64,000 nucleotides of DNA from NCBI GenBank assembly GCA_046328335.1, contig JAXLWU010000015.1, positions 30,023-94,022 of the forward strand, given 5' to 3'. Below are positions 17,075-26,745 of this stretch, piece after piece. The DNA is from Thermomicrobiales bacterium (GTDB taxonomy: Bacteria; Chloroflexota; Chloroflexia; Thermomicrobiales; UBA6265). The stretch's first letter is position 1. The number at the start of each line of letters is the position of its first letter. The position numbers and the translations under genes are program-made. A model generated the notes under the pieces. That model did not search any database. It was not told where the DNA came from and saw only the letters and a list, made by a program, of their open reading frames with translations.

Positions 17075-19348
17075 CTAGGGAATCAGATCTTCGTTCGCGA
17101 CGGGGGTGGCGTCGCGCGATTCGATCTCGCCCCGGAGCGTCTCGAGTTCTCTGGCGATCGAGTCAAAACCAAACTCGGTATAGAACGACGCGGTGGCGAC
17201 GTTGCCGGTTTCGTCGTAGGCAGAGACGTCGCGCGGGCCTTCACCGGTGACCGGCATGTAGATGTTGGTCTGGAATTCTCCGCGCTCGTTCGAGCGCAGA
17301 TTTGTCGCGGTGATGCCGCCGACATCGATGATGATATCGGAATCGGGCTGGAAGCCAAATCCCTGAATGGCGACATCACGCCCCGCCGGACCGCTCGGCG
17401 GGTTGAGAAAGAGCGATGGCGGCGCGATGGCCCGCTTGCGCGCGAAGGCGACCTGCTGGTTCGGTCCGCCGTACTCGCCGAGACGGGTGTCGGCCCAGAC
17501 GAGATAGACATCCTCATCGCTCGCTGCCATGGCGAAATAGTCGCCGAGGAACCGTCCCCCAGGGAAGCCGCGAAGCGCGTTGGATGCAAAGTCGGTGACC
17601 CGCACGTCCGGGATGTTCAGCCCGATCTTTTCGTCAACAAAGCCCCACGTCTCACCGCGATCCTTGGATTCGGTGTAGTAGATGTGGTAGCGCGTCTCGT
17701 GTGGATCGTCCCGCATGTCGCCCCACATCGCGCTGACCGTTCCACCGGGGCTGACCGCGAGCGCGGGAAAGAACTGCAAGCGGTCCGTATCGTCGGTGTT
17801 CATGCGATACGGTGGCTGCCAGGTCTTGCCCTTGTCGAGCGAACGGAGGAGATAGATATCTCCGTCGTCAGTCGGTTTGTCGAACGGCTTGCCCGACGTC
17901 AAGATGTAGATTTCGCCGTTGCTGCCGACCTTCACTTGCGGAAAGGCTGAACCCCACCACCGAAATGTGGTGTTCCGCGCGGGGTCGTGAATCTCGCGCA
18001 GAACCCCTGCCTGTCGCGGTTCGGAAAATGTGCGGCCAGCATCGTCAGACACGGTGACCATGATGGTCGAGAGGCCCTTGTTGAACCCGTCAAGGGTCGT
18101 ATCAACGTACGCGGCGACCACGGTTCCGTCCGGCATGACCGCGGGTTGCGGACCTTGCACCACTTCGTCCGATTCGGAACCGGCGCTCTCGGCTTGCGGC
18201 TGCTGGACGATCGGATTGCCGGCATCCGCCTCTGATGTGATTTGAGACGCGGCGCGGACGCCCTCCTCTTCACCTTCCCGGCTGGCCCCCTCCGCCTGGA
18301 ACACCGTGGGGCTGATGCCGATCGGTTCCGACCAGGTCTCGCCGCCGTCCGTGGAGCGAACGAGTCGAATGGTCGTCTCGGTAATCGGTGATGAGAGGAA
18401 CGGGAGTTCATCCGCATAGAGGGTCGTGTAGCGCGTCTTGAACTCGGTGAACGCGACGTAGATCACGTCCCGCTCGGGATCGTCCGGATTGGGACCGATC
18501 GCGATCCATGGCTTGTCGAGAAACTCAACCGCCACCTCGCCCCGCTCTCTCCCAGTGTCGTCCTGGAACGACGTGGTTTCGATATTCGACCTTGCCGTCG
18601 AGGTGGCGTCGCTCCAGGTCAAACCGTCGTCCTGGGACTTCGAAATGACGATGCTCGAAATCTCCGTAAAAGAGACGAGCGAACCGAGGCGATAGTCGTC
18701 GAGGCCGAGGGAGATGGACACCATATAGACGTTGCCGTTGCGGTCAAACGCAACGACCGGATCACCGGCAGCATAGTAATCCTGCTGGAAGAAGCGGACC
18801 TGGTTGGGCCCCTCCCACGTCTCCCCGCCATCGAATGTGACATAGGTCGACATCGATGGGAAGTTGTAATCGATGACGCCGAGAACCAGATGGTCGGGAT
18901 CATTGGGATCGACCGCGATATGCGGTTCTGTGCTGAGAGGGAAGAGACCGAATTGGCGGGTTACGATCTGGTTCCGGCTGAACGCGGGTCCGGGTGACCG
19001 ATAGGGCACCTGTGGCGCGAATTGACCGCCTCGGCTGCCGCTTTGCGAACCGACGCCATAGCTGGCAAGGTCTGCCGTTCTCGCGGCCTCCCCGGTTGGG
19101 ATATTGAAGAGTCTCGGGTCCTGTTGGGTCGTCATCAGCCAGGACGCGGCGCTCAACTGATTGGTGATTGGTTGCAAGAGCTGAAACTGACCAACGGGAA
19201 CGATCTCGTTCCCTTCCTGGGCCGACCCATTCCTTGCCGGCGCCGCGGCGGCCAGCATGGCGCTGATCACGAGCACCGGGAGCAATCGAAGCGCGATCAG
19301 CTGGATCGTCGCATGGGTCGTGTCAACTCCGGCTCGCAATCGAACCAT
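17075..19348 (-). CDS. secreted BNR/Asp-box repeat beta-propeller protein (sialidase-like fold) with C-terminal IPT/Ig-like domain
   Basis: Six Asp-box motifs: TFDGGETW, SQDDGLTW, STDGGETW, SDDAGRTF, SLDKGKTW, SKDRGETW. Signal-like LLPVLVISAMLAAAAPA. The ATG at 19348 is preferred over the 19468 start. Confidence 0.75.
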   Translation of the reverse strand: MVRLRAGVDTTHATIQLIALRLLPVLVISAMLAAAAPARNGSAQEGNEIVPVGQFQLLQPITNQLSAASWLMTTQQDPRLFNIPTGEAARTADLASYGVGSQSGSRGGQFAPQVPYRSPGPAFSRNQIVTRQFGLFPLSTEPHIAVDPNDPDHLVLGVIDYNFPSMSTYVTFDGGETWEGPNQVRFFQQDYYAAGDPVVAFDRNGNVYMVSISLGLDDYRLGSLVSFTEISSIVISKSQDDGLTWSDATSTARSNIETTSFQDDTGRERGEVAVEFLDKPWIAIGPNPDDPERDVIYVAFTEFKTRYTTLYADELPFLSSPITETTIRLVRSTDGGETWSEPIGISPTVFQAEGASREGEEEGVRAASQITSEADAGNPIVQQPQAESAGSESDEVVQGPQPAVMPDGTVVAAYVDTTLDGFNKGLSTIMVTVSDDAGRTFSEPRQAGVLREIHDPARNTTFRWWGSAFPQVKVGSNGEIYILTSGKPFDKPTDDGDIYLLRSLDKGKTWQPPYRMNTDDTDRLQFFPALAVSPGGTVSAMWGDMRDDPHETRYHIYYTESKDRGETWGFVDEKIGLNIPDVRVTDFASNALRGFPGGRFLGDYFAMAASDEDVYLVWADTRLGEYGGPNQQVAFARKRAIAPPSLFLNPPSGPAGRDVAIQGFGFQPDSDIIIDVGGITATNLRSNERGEFQTNIYMPVTGEGPRDVSAYDETGNVATASFYTEFGFDSIARELETLRGEIESRDATPVANEDLIP

Positions 19349-19718
19349 GGTTCCGAAATCCTCTGAGCGTGCAACACCTGCGCGCCCGGGTGAGCTACAG
19401 CCAGCCGGCTTCCGCGGCATGTGTTGCCGGTCGAATGCCGCTAACCGAGGCTCCAATTCTGTGAGCAAAGCCCCGATCGAGTTCGGCCGTAATCACGTCA
19501 CATCTGGGAAACCGATGGATACCTCAGTCTCGGTGCGGGTGTGACGCGGCGTGCAGGGTACCATGAGCGGAACCGTTCCAGTGTGCAGCGGCGCGGCATC
19601 GCGCTTGCGGAACAGGGAGCGGATACCGTCTAATCCGTGGAGACCGTCTGCCGGTTGATGCGGCGCACTGGCGATTGGGACCATGCCACGGCCGGCACGT
19701 TAGCGGGAGCAACCGAGC

Positions 19719-20714
19719 ATGATGCGGAATTCGATCCTGCGGTCCGTGCGGCTGCAGACCCGCTCACTGGTCATACTAGCCACGCTCATTCTGCTCCTGG
19801 CCCTCGCCACGCCAGCGCTTGCCTTGTTTCAGTCCGATACTGAGCAAACTCAACAGCCGCTTGCTGGCGTCTTTACGGTGACCATTGCGAAACCGGATGT
19901 GCCCCGGGCGCTAGCGGATGGTCCGTCGCTGGTAGGACTCTGGAATATGACATTCAACGGCGACGGCACGTTCAGCCTGTCACGGCAAGACGTGGGTCAG
20001 ATCGTCACCGGAAAGTTCGAGGCGGGGGAGGCCACACTGACCTTTACCGAGTGGACGGGAATCATCGGCTGCAATATCGACCCGGATTCGGGGTCGCCCG
20101 CGACGTACGCCTGGCGCAGGAGTGACGATACGCTCACCCTGACCACGATTACCGATTCTTGTCCGGAGCGATTGACGCTGCTGACCACGCGGCCGCTCGG
20201 CGGGTTTGAAGCATGTGCCGTCGAACCGATCTCGCTGAGTGATCCGTTCGGCACGGACGAGGCCGGTCCGATTTCGCTCGCGACACCAGTTACCGAGGCG
20301 GAGGTTGTCTCCGGGGTGGCGGCGCAGGAAGGGCTCTCCGAGGGCGCCGATGCGGAAGAAGCGATTGATAGTCTCTTACGCCAGGCGAACGGGTGCTGGG
20401 CGACCGGGGATCCTACTCGATTCCTCGCGCTGCACAGTCAGCAGGTTATTCAGGAAATCGCTTTCGGTGGACCACTGGAAGATTTCGCGCGCCAGCTGCG
20501 GCTCTTCATGAGCACGCCGCTCGTGTTCGAACGGATCGGCGATGTCAACCTGATCGATCCCGACCACGCCTGGGCCTACGTCGAAGTGACCCTCGGTGGC
20601 GATCCCATGCCCCAGCGTATCGACTTTGTCTTCGAGGACGGGACCTGGCTCTTCGACACGTTTTTCCTGTTCGGGCCACCGACACCAAGCGGGCCAATCT
20701 CAGTAACCCAGTGA
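19719..20714 (+). CDS. hypothetical secreted protein
   Basis: 331-aa ORF with signal peptide SLVILATLILLLALATPALALF and GGGAG upstream. The C-terminal ~110 aa (ANGCWATGDPTRFLALHS...AWAYVEVTLGG...FVFEDGTWLFD) look NTF2/SnoaL-like; this is a weak call. Confidence 0.6.
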   Translation: MMRNSILRSVRLQTRSLVILATLILLLALATPALALFQSDTEQTQQPLAGVFTVTIAKPDVPRALADGPSLVGLWNMTFNGDGTFSLSRQDVGQIVTGKFEAGEATLTFTEWTGIIGCNIDPDSGSPATYAWRRSDDTLTLTTITDSCPERLTLLTTRPLGGFEACAVEPISLSDPFGTDEAGPISLATPVTEAEVVSGVAAQEGLSEGADAEEAIDSLLRQANGCWATGDPTRFLALHSQQVIQEIAFGGPLEDFARQLRLFMSTPLVFERIGDVNLIDPDHAWAYVEVTLGGDPMPQRIDFVFEDGTWLFDTFFLFGPPTPSGPISVTQ

Positions 20715-20727
20715 GTGCGATCCACCG

Positions 20728-20910
20728 TTGAGCGAACAGAAGATCGAGCGCGAACTGACCGAGCAGGACAACCAACCGGATCCAACCGAACGCTCCGGAC
20801 GATCGGCAACGGTCGGTACCGGCAGCATGCTTGGTATTGGTTGTATCGTCACGGTATTGCTCCTGATCGTGATTGCCATTGCCGTCAGGGCGTTTACCAC
20901 GTTCTGGTAA
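20728..20910 (+). CDS. possible small membrane protein
   Basis: 60 codons with a TTG start and no clear SD. There is one strong TM helix (MLGIGCIVTVLLLIVIAIAV). Confidence 0.3.
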   Translation: MSEQKIERELTEQDNQPDPTERSGRSATVGTGSMLGIGCIVTVLLLIVIAIAVRAFTTFW

Positions 20911-21344
20911 GAGGTACGCCGTAGCCGTGATTCGAGAGTCTTAAATCGCTCAGCTGTCCGCTACACTTCAGTTGACATGATTGACCCTACGCCGACACCG
21001 GTCTTGGCAGCATATCTCCCACGTGAATCGAGAAATCCGTCCGCTCCCATGGCGCACGTTCGGTCTATGTGCGGTGGCGAGATCCAGCGGAGGCTGACTG
21101 CCGACAGGGTGTTCAATCACCTCCTTGGTGCGAACCTGGCCTACCGTCCCTGCAGCGGCGCACTGGCGGCTGTCACCCAGAGCGAGAACGCCGTCGGGGA
21201 GGGGACGGGGCACGGCTCCCAGGTCATCGAGCACATCGAGCCGCCCCAGCCGTCCCACACGTCCCCATCCGCAATCCCAGTACGGTGTTTTCGGTAGATT
21301 GTCGAGTTTGAATTGATGCGCGTGACGCAAGTGAAAGGTTCTTC

Positions 21345-23282
21345 GTGACACCATCCTCAGATTCAGGGGCGCAACAAGGCCGCCGCGCCGATTCTCGTCG
21401 GAACTCCGGTTCGTCCGCAAAGGATCGGGAAAAGCGAGAATCTCAATCAAGTGATGCCGTTGCGGCCCAGCAACCTCCGCGGCGCCGGCCGAACCGCCGG
21501 CCGCAACGTGATGGACAGCAGTCCAGCCGGTCCCGGCCGGGCCGGCAGGGCCAGGGTCCATCGGCGCCCCAGCAGCGCGGTGGGCGAACGCAGTCCCCGC
21601 CGACGCAGGAAGGTGGCGAAGGGCGACTTCGGGTCATTCCCCTCGGCGGTGTCGGTGAAATCGGCAAGAGCATGACCGCCGTCGAATATGGGAACGATCT
21701 CCTTCTCATCGACTGCGGGGGCAAGTTCCCCGAGGAATGGGAACGCGGCATCGACCTGATCATTCCCGACATCCGCTACGTCAAGAATCGACTCTCGAAA
21801 TTGCGGGGCATCGTCCTCACGCACGGCCATGAGGACCACATCGGTGGACTGCCGTATGTCGTGCCGCAACTGGCGACGAACGGGCCAGTACCGCTCTTTG
21901 GTTCCCCATTGGCCCTTGGGTTCGCGGAAAACAAACTCCGCGAGTCCCGGCTTGACGACAAGGTGATCTTTCGCGAGGTTGAACCTCGAGACCGCGTCGT
22001 GCTGGGGGAACTCGAAGTCGAGTTCATCAACGTCACCCACACGATTCCGGCTTCGTTCTCTGTCGCGGTTCATTCTCCCGCCGGCACGATCATCGCGACC
22101 GGAGATTTCAAGTTCGACCCCACTCCGGTGATGGGGGTGCCGACCGACGAGAATCAGTTGCGCCGGCTGGGTGACGAAGGCGTGATCGCGCTTTTCTCCG
22201 ACTCGACCCGCATCGAATCCCCTGGGCACACGCCGTCGGAACTGCTCGTTCTGGAAACATTTGACCGGGTCATTCGGGACGCGACCGGGCAGACGCTGAT
22301 CGCGACATTTGCGTCCAACATCAGCCGTGTTTACATGGTGATGCAGGCGGCCGAGCGATACGGAAAGAAGGTGGCGGTCGCGGGCCGCTCCATGGAACAG
22401 AACGTCCGTACCGCGATTGAACTTGGCTACCTCGATCCACCGGATGGGGTGCTCCTACCCCTGAACGAAGTACAGCGGCTCCCCGCCAGGCAACGGGTTC
22501 TCGTCGTCACCGGCAGCCAGGGAGAGGCTGGCGCGGCGCTGGCGCGCATCGCGGCGGACGAGCACCCAAAGATCCACATCGGCAAGGGCGACATCGTCCT
22601 GATCTCCGCCACACCGGTTCCGGGTAACGAGAAGACGGTGTCAGAGACGATCGACAATCTCTTCCGGCGTGGCGCCTCGGTGGTCTTCAGTTCGACGGGC
22701 GATCGTGTCCATGTTTCGGGGCATGCCGCGCGGGAGGACCTTCGCCACATGCTCGATCTGGTTCGCCCGAACTACGCCGTGCCGATTCACGGAGACTTCC
22801 GGCACATGGCGCTTTATCGTGAAATGGCGACGGCGGACGGTTTGCCGGAAGACCACGTCCTGATGACTGAAATCGGAAGCCTGATCGAGTTTCAGGATGG
22901 CAAGGGTGGGGTCAGGGGGCGCGTTCCATCTGGATCGGTTCTCGTGGACCGGCTTGGTGATTTCATGCCGGGCGAGGTTCGCCTGCGAACTCGCGAGGAT
23001 CTCGCCTCGGACGGACTGGTCACGATCACGATCATCGTAGATGCCGAAACGGGCAAACTGATCGCCGGTCCCGAGTTCGTGACCAAGGGCCTGAGCATGG
23101 AGATGCTAGCAGGGCCAATCCGGCAGGCCGAGCAGGAACTGAAGCGGTGGTTGGAGCGCCGGCCGGAAGGTGAGCCTGAAATCGGGTATCTGGTATCGCA
23201 GGCGAAAGGGATTACCGCGCGGTCACTCTTTCGGAAAACAAAGCAGCGACCATTGATCTTGCCGATGGTGCTGGAACTGTAA
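21345..23282 (+). CDS. rnj: ribonuclease J (beta-CASP metallo-beta-lactamase) with ~90-aa basic N-terminal extension
   Basis: RVIPLGGVGEIGKSMTAVEY, LTHGHEDHIGGLPY (HxHxDH), later SGHAAREDL and the beta-CASP layout. I found no in-frame ATG/GTG/TTG between 21345 and the catalytic core. Confidence 0.9.
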   Translation: MTPSSDSGAQQGRRADSRRNSGSSAKDREKRESQSSDAVAAQQPPRRRPNRRPQRDGQQSSRSRPGRQGQGPSAPQQRGGRTQSPPTQEGGEGRLRVIPLGGVGEIGKSMTAVEYGNDLLLIDCGGKFPEEWERGIDLIIPDIRYVKNRLSKLRGIVLTHGHEDHIGGLPYVVPQLATNGPVPLFGSPLALGFAENKLRESRLDDKVIFREVEPRDRVVLGELEVEFINVTHTIPASFSVAVHSPAGTIIATGDFKFDPTPVMGVPTDENQLRRLGDEGVIALFSDSTRIESPGHTPSELLVLETFDRVIRDATGQTLIATFASNISRVYMVMQAAERYGKKVAVAGRSMEQNVRTAIELGYLDPPDGVLLPLNEVQRLPARQRVLVVTGSQGEAGAALARIAADEHPKIHIGKGDIVLISATPVPGNEKTVSETIDNLFRRGASVVFSSTGDRVHVSGHAAREDLRHMLDLVRPNYAVPIHGDFRHMALYREMATADGLPEDHVLMTEIGSLIEFQDGKGGVRGRVPSGSVLVDRLGDFMPGEVRLRTREDLASDGLVTITIIVDAETGKLIAGPEFVTKGLSMEMLAGPIRQAEQELKRWLERRPEGEPEIGYLVSQAKGITARSLFRKTKQRPLILPMVLEL

Positions 23283-23366
23283 AGAAGGCAACCCGGTATA
23301 CTTGCTACCAGCCCCGCTCAATCTACGCCGTACTGATCAATCCCGACTCGGTCGGCAGGAGAGGGC

Positions 23367-23789
23367 ATGGACACGAACAACGTTCGGTCGGTCACGGATC
23401 GCGGCCAGTGGCGGGGAGCGCGCCGCCGCGTCCTGTGGTTGGCCGCGTTGGGCACCGGCTTCGTCTCGGCGCCAGGCGTTCTTGCCGGGAAGAAGAGCAA
23501 GTGCCGGAACAATTACAGCGAAAAAGAAATCCTCGATTTCATCCGAAAGGCTGCAAAGAAGTACAAGCAGTCGCGGAAGGCGATGGAACGAGTTGCCCGC
23601 TGTGAGTCGAATCTGGATCCGTGCGCGGTCAACAAGCGCGGCCCGTACTTCGGTCTCTTTCAATTTCTGAAATCGACATGGAAGACAACGCCGTACGGGA
23701 ACCGCGACATCTTCGATCCCGAGGCCCAGGCTCTTGCGGCGGCGTGGATGTGGAAACAGGGCCGCAAGAACGAGTGGGCCTGCAAGTAG
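23367..23789 (+). CDS. secreted lysozyme-like transglycosylase (SLT/Rpf superfamily)
   Basis: Tat-like RRRVLWLAALGTGFVSAPG, then ARCESNLDPCAVNKRGPYFGLFQFLKSTW (catalytic E-S ... GLxQ pattern). Confidence 0.65.
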   Translation: MDTNNVRSVTDRGQWRGARRRVLWLAALGTGFVSAPGVLAGKKSKCRNNYSEKEILDFIRKAAKKYKQSRKAMERVARCESNLDPCAVNKRGPYFGLFQFLKSTWKTTPYGNRDIFDPEAQALAAAWMWKQGRKNEWACK

Positions 23790-23793
23790 GAGC

Positions 23794-24213
23794 TTACGAG
23801 GAGCGCTTTTCCAGATCGAGCGCGCAGCCGTTCATGCAATAGCGCAACCCACCGGCGTTTCGGGGCCCATCCGGGAAGACGTGGCCGAGGTGCCCGCCGC
23901 AGTGGGCGCACTGCACTTCGGTCCGGACCATGCCGTAGGACCGGTCTTCCACGAACGTGACGGCGCCGGGGATTGCCTCGGTGAAACTCGGCCAGCCGGT
24001 CCCTGATTCGAACTTCGTGTCGCTCTCGAAGAGCGGGTTTCCACAACCCGCGCAACGGAACGTACCCGGATCCTTGCTGTCGAGGAATGGGCCGGTGAAC
24101 GCCCGTTCCGTACCGTGCTGACGCAGAACTCGATACTGCTCGGGCGTGAGCCGTGCCCGCCACTCCTCGTCGGTGAGATTCTTCAATTCGGTATCGGTCA
24201 TTCTGTTCTCCAT
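23794..24213 (-). CDS. msrB: peptide-methionine (R)-S-oxide reductase
   Basis: [24 protein letters not shown]...[16 protein letters not shown]...RYCMN gives the two CxxC zinc motifs and the catalytic Cys block of MsrB. Confidence 0.95.
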   Translation of the reverse strand: MENRMTDTELKNLTDEEWRARLTPEQYRVLRQHGTERAFTGPFLDSKDPGTFRCAGCGNPLFESDTKFESGTGWPSFTEAIPGAVTFVEDRSYGMVRTEVQCAHCGGHLGHVFPDGPRNAGGLRYCMNGCALDLEKRSS

Positions 24214-24415
24214 CCGTACCTTTTCATTTGGGTAGGGCGCAGAGTATCAGCCATTCCAATCTGGAAACGGTAAGTCAGGCAACACCGCATTGGCAATGGC
24301 ACGGGCCGGAGAGCGAGGCGCAGCCCCTGGCAAAATGAAGGGGAGCCAGGGGCCGCAGGGCTAGATCGAGCGAGGGCCAATAGACGAAACCGGCAATCGA
24401 GATTGCGGAAATCGC

Positions 24416-25177
24416 TTATCGGCTCGTGACCTCCGTAGTGCTGGTATTGCCTTCGTCGACAATGACCTCTTCGCGCCGTACCGTGCCAGAAACTTGCTCG
24501 GTCCGCTGCACCGCTTCCTTGCTGATCACGACTTCTTCCGCGACCCGCGCCCGCTTCTGAAGGTCGACTTCCTCCGCGTAGAGCGGAACTTCAATAACCG
24601 TTTCCTCGAGCACGTTCGCATCGGCAGCCGCGACCGGCCGGTCGACGATACGGCGCTCGACCCTGATCCGCTCCTCTGTGACCGGCACCTCGAGCGTTCG
24701 CTCTTCCGCGACGACATCCTTCTCGATGCGGACCGACCCAGCCTGTACCGGACGAACCGTTGCCGTCAGTTCTTCCTGCACCACTGGTACATGGATCTCG
24801 TCGTCTGTTTCGCGGATTGTTGCTGCCGGGGCTGCGTAGTCGCCAACGAGACGATCCTCGCTGGCCAGAGCGCTGTCATACGTTCCCACGGTCGTCATGT
24901 CGGCCGACATCGCGTCTGCCGAAGGCGGAACGTCCCAGCCGCTCTGCAGCGCCACATCGCGCGAGACATTCAGATAAACACGTCCGTCCTGGACGGTCGC
25001 GATCGCGCTCATCGGGACGTAATAGTCCGTCGGGAAGAAGAATCCCTTCTCGACGACGACATAGTTCGGCTGAACTTCCGCGATTTTGCCAACCTTTTCG
25101 TTGTCGGCGCCGACCACGTCGTCGCCCAGCGCAATCGCCGAGTAATCGATCGTTCTACTCACCACGTTTCTCCTCAT
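24416..25177 (-). CDS. PRC-barrel + DUF2382 (YsnF/AvaK-type) stress-associated protein
   Basis: N-terminal PRC-barrel-like VGADNEKVGKIAEVQPNYVVVEKGFFFPTDYYVP. C-terminal repeats EELTATVRPVQAGSVRIEKDVVAEERTLEVPVTEERIRVERR are typical of DUF2382. Confidence 0.75.
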   Translation of the reverse strand: MRRNVVSRTIDYSAIALGDDVVGADNEKVGKIAEVQPNYVVVEKGFFFPTDYYVPMSAIATVQDGRVYLNVSRDVALQSGWDVPPSADAMSADMTTVGTYDSALASEDRLVGDYAAPAATIRETDDEIHVPVVQEELTATVRPVQAGSVRIEKDVVAEERTLEVPVTEERIRVERRIVDRPVAAADANVLEETVIEVPLYAEEVDLQKRARVAEEVVISKEAVQRTEQVSGTVRREEVIVDEGNTSTTEVTSR

Positions 25178-25318
25178 CGATCGTCGACCGCATTAGTTAC
25201 CCGCGAACCAATGTTGACCGGCTTGGTCATGGTCTATTGATCGCTAACCGCAAGGCGTATGCCATTGCCTTCCGGGAACGAGGAGCAAGGCTACGTGCGT
25301 AGCAAAGCGATCGAACAA

Positions 25319-25873
25319 TCAATCGTGCTTGTTGCCAAACCGGTCGTAACTGACGAGATCGGCGAGCGGTCTCCGCCCCGCAACCGCTGGATTCGGCCGG
25401 TGATCGCGAGTGGTTGTGGGATAGCCAAGCACGACGACTGACCGCGCGGTGCGATCAGCGGGAATCCCGAGAATCTTCTTCCCCTCCTCCTGTTGTGCGT
25501 CATCGCCGAACCAGGCGGTCCCACCGCCCAGTCCGAGGAATCTGGCGCCGATCAGGAGGCGCTCCGAAACCCGGCCCTCGTCGAATGCCTCGGATATTGG
25601 ACTGGACCCGTTCAGGACGATCGCGACGGCAAGCGGCGCATCCGCGACCCAGTTGATCGGAGTCCGAATCTGGCTGATCTTGCGCAGTTGATCCTTGTCC
25701 GTGATCACTATGAATTCCCAGGGTTGGGTGTTGCGGGAACTACCGGTCCAGCGGGCGATTTCGAGGAGTTCGTCAATCGCGTCCCGCGGAACTGGATCCG
25801 GCCGGTACAGTCGCGCCTGCCGCACTCCGCGAATTTCTCGCGTCGCGGCTTTGGGATCGAGGTCGCCGGTCAC
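25319..25873 (-). CDS. nitroreductase-family flavoprotein
   Basis: RQARLYRPDPVPRDAIDELLEIARWTGSSRNTQPWEFIVI is the canonical nitroreductase N-terminal block. Confidence 0.8.
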   Translation of the reverse strand: MTGDLDPKAATREIRGVRQARLYRPDPVPRDAIDELLEIARWTGSSRNTQPWEFIVITDKDQLRKISQIRTPINWVADAPLAVAIVLNGSSPISEAFDEGRVSERLLIGARFLGLGGGTAWFGDDAQQEEGKKILGIPADRTARSVVVLGYPTTTRDHRPNPAVAGRRPLADLVSYDRFGNKHD

Positions 25874-25932
25874 AGTGCCTCCCTCATTTCATCGCGATCG
25901 AGCGCGTCCCGGCAACACTTGCCCGGACACCG

Positions 25933-26616
25933 TTACGCTCCCGCGGAAGTCGCCGCGACGTTCAGACCAGCCGGGCACCCGACGCCCGTACCGGCCAGAC
26001 CGCAGTAGCCGTGCGGCACCTTGTGCAGGTACTGCTGGTGATAGTCCTCGGCGTAGAAGAAGGGCCCCACCGGGCGAATCTCGGTGGTGATCGGGCCGAA
26101 GCCAAAGCGCCTCAGCTCGCCCTCGTACGCGTCCTTGCTCCGGTGGGCGGCATCCGCCTGGGCCTCGGTCGTCGTGTGGATCGTGGAGCGATACTGCGTG
26201 CCGAGATCGTTGCCTTGCCTCATGCCCTGGGTCGGATCGTGCGCCTCCCAGAAAACGCGGAGCAGGTCGTCATACGAAATCTTGCTGGGATCGAAGACCA
26301 CCTGGACGACTTCGGCGTGCCCGGTGCGGCCTGAACAGACCTCCTCGTAGGTCGGGTGGGGGGTAAAGCCGCCGGCGTACCCGACCGCGGTGCTGTACAC
26401 CCCGGGCAGATTCCAGAATAACCGCTCGGCGCCCCAGAAGCAGCCCAGACCGAACACCGCGGTCTCCAAACCGGGGGGAAAGGGCCCCTGAATTGGCGTG
26501 CCAAGGACTTCATGCGTGTGCGGGACGGTGAACGCGGGATGATCGCGGCCAGTGAGAGCGCGCTCGGCGTCGACCATCTCCATCTTCTTGCGGCCAAAAA
26601 GCAGGCTGTCCAACAT
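25933..26616 (-). CDS. msrA: peptide-methionine (S)-S-oxide reductase
   Basis: [54 protein letters not shown] at 26616 is preceded by GGAGGAA. Confidence 0.95.
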   Translation of the reverse strand: MLDSLLFGRKKMEMVDAERALTGRDHPAFTVPHTHEVLGTPIQGPFPPGLETAVFGLGCFWGAERLFWNLPGVYSTAVGYAGGFTPHPTYEEVCSGRTGHAEVVQVVFDPSKISYDDLLRVFWEAHDPTQGMRQGNDLGTQYRSTIHTTTEAQADAAHRSKDAYEGELRRFGFGPITTEIRPVGPFFYAEDYHQQYLHKVPHGYCGLAGTGVGCPAGLNVAATSAGA

Positions 26617-26745
26617 GGATGATTCCTCCACTTTCTCACGGTGCGTACCACCATGAGGAAAATAGCGTAGTCCAGCAATGAGACGTCCGGAGGGGCTCTT
26701 CAGTCAGATCATTGCTGTGTCTTACAGTTACTTCGATGGTCCGGT

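Noticed and set aside
19639-19652. ggagaccgtctgcc resembles the cobalamin riboswitch B12 box (GGAGACCTGCC) upstream of the 19719 gene.
   Set aside because: It has a 3-nt insertion relative to the consensus. The other conserved elements (GGGAA, GGUG.AA.UCC, GCCACUG) are absent upstream.
20968-21561. 197-aa minus-strand ORF spanning the rnj start region.
   Set aside because: It is antisense to the rnj 5' coding region, has lower third-position GC than the opposite frame, and has no motifs.
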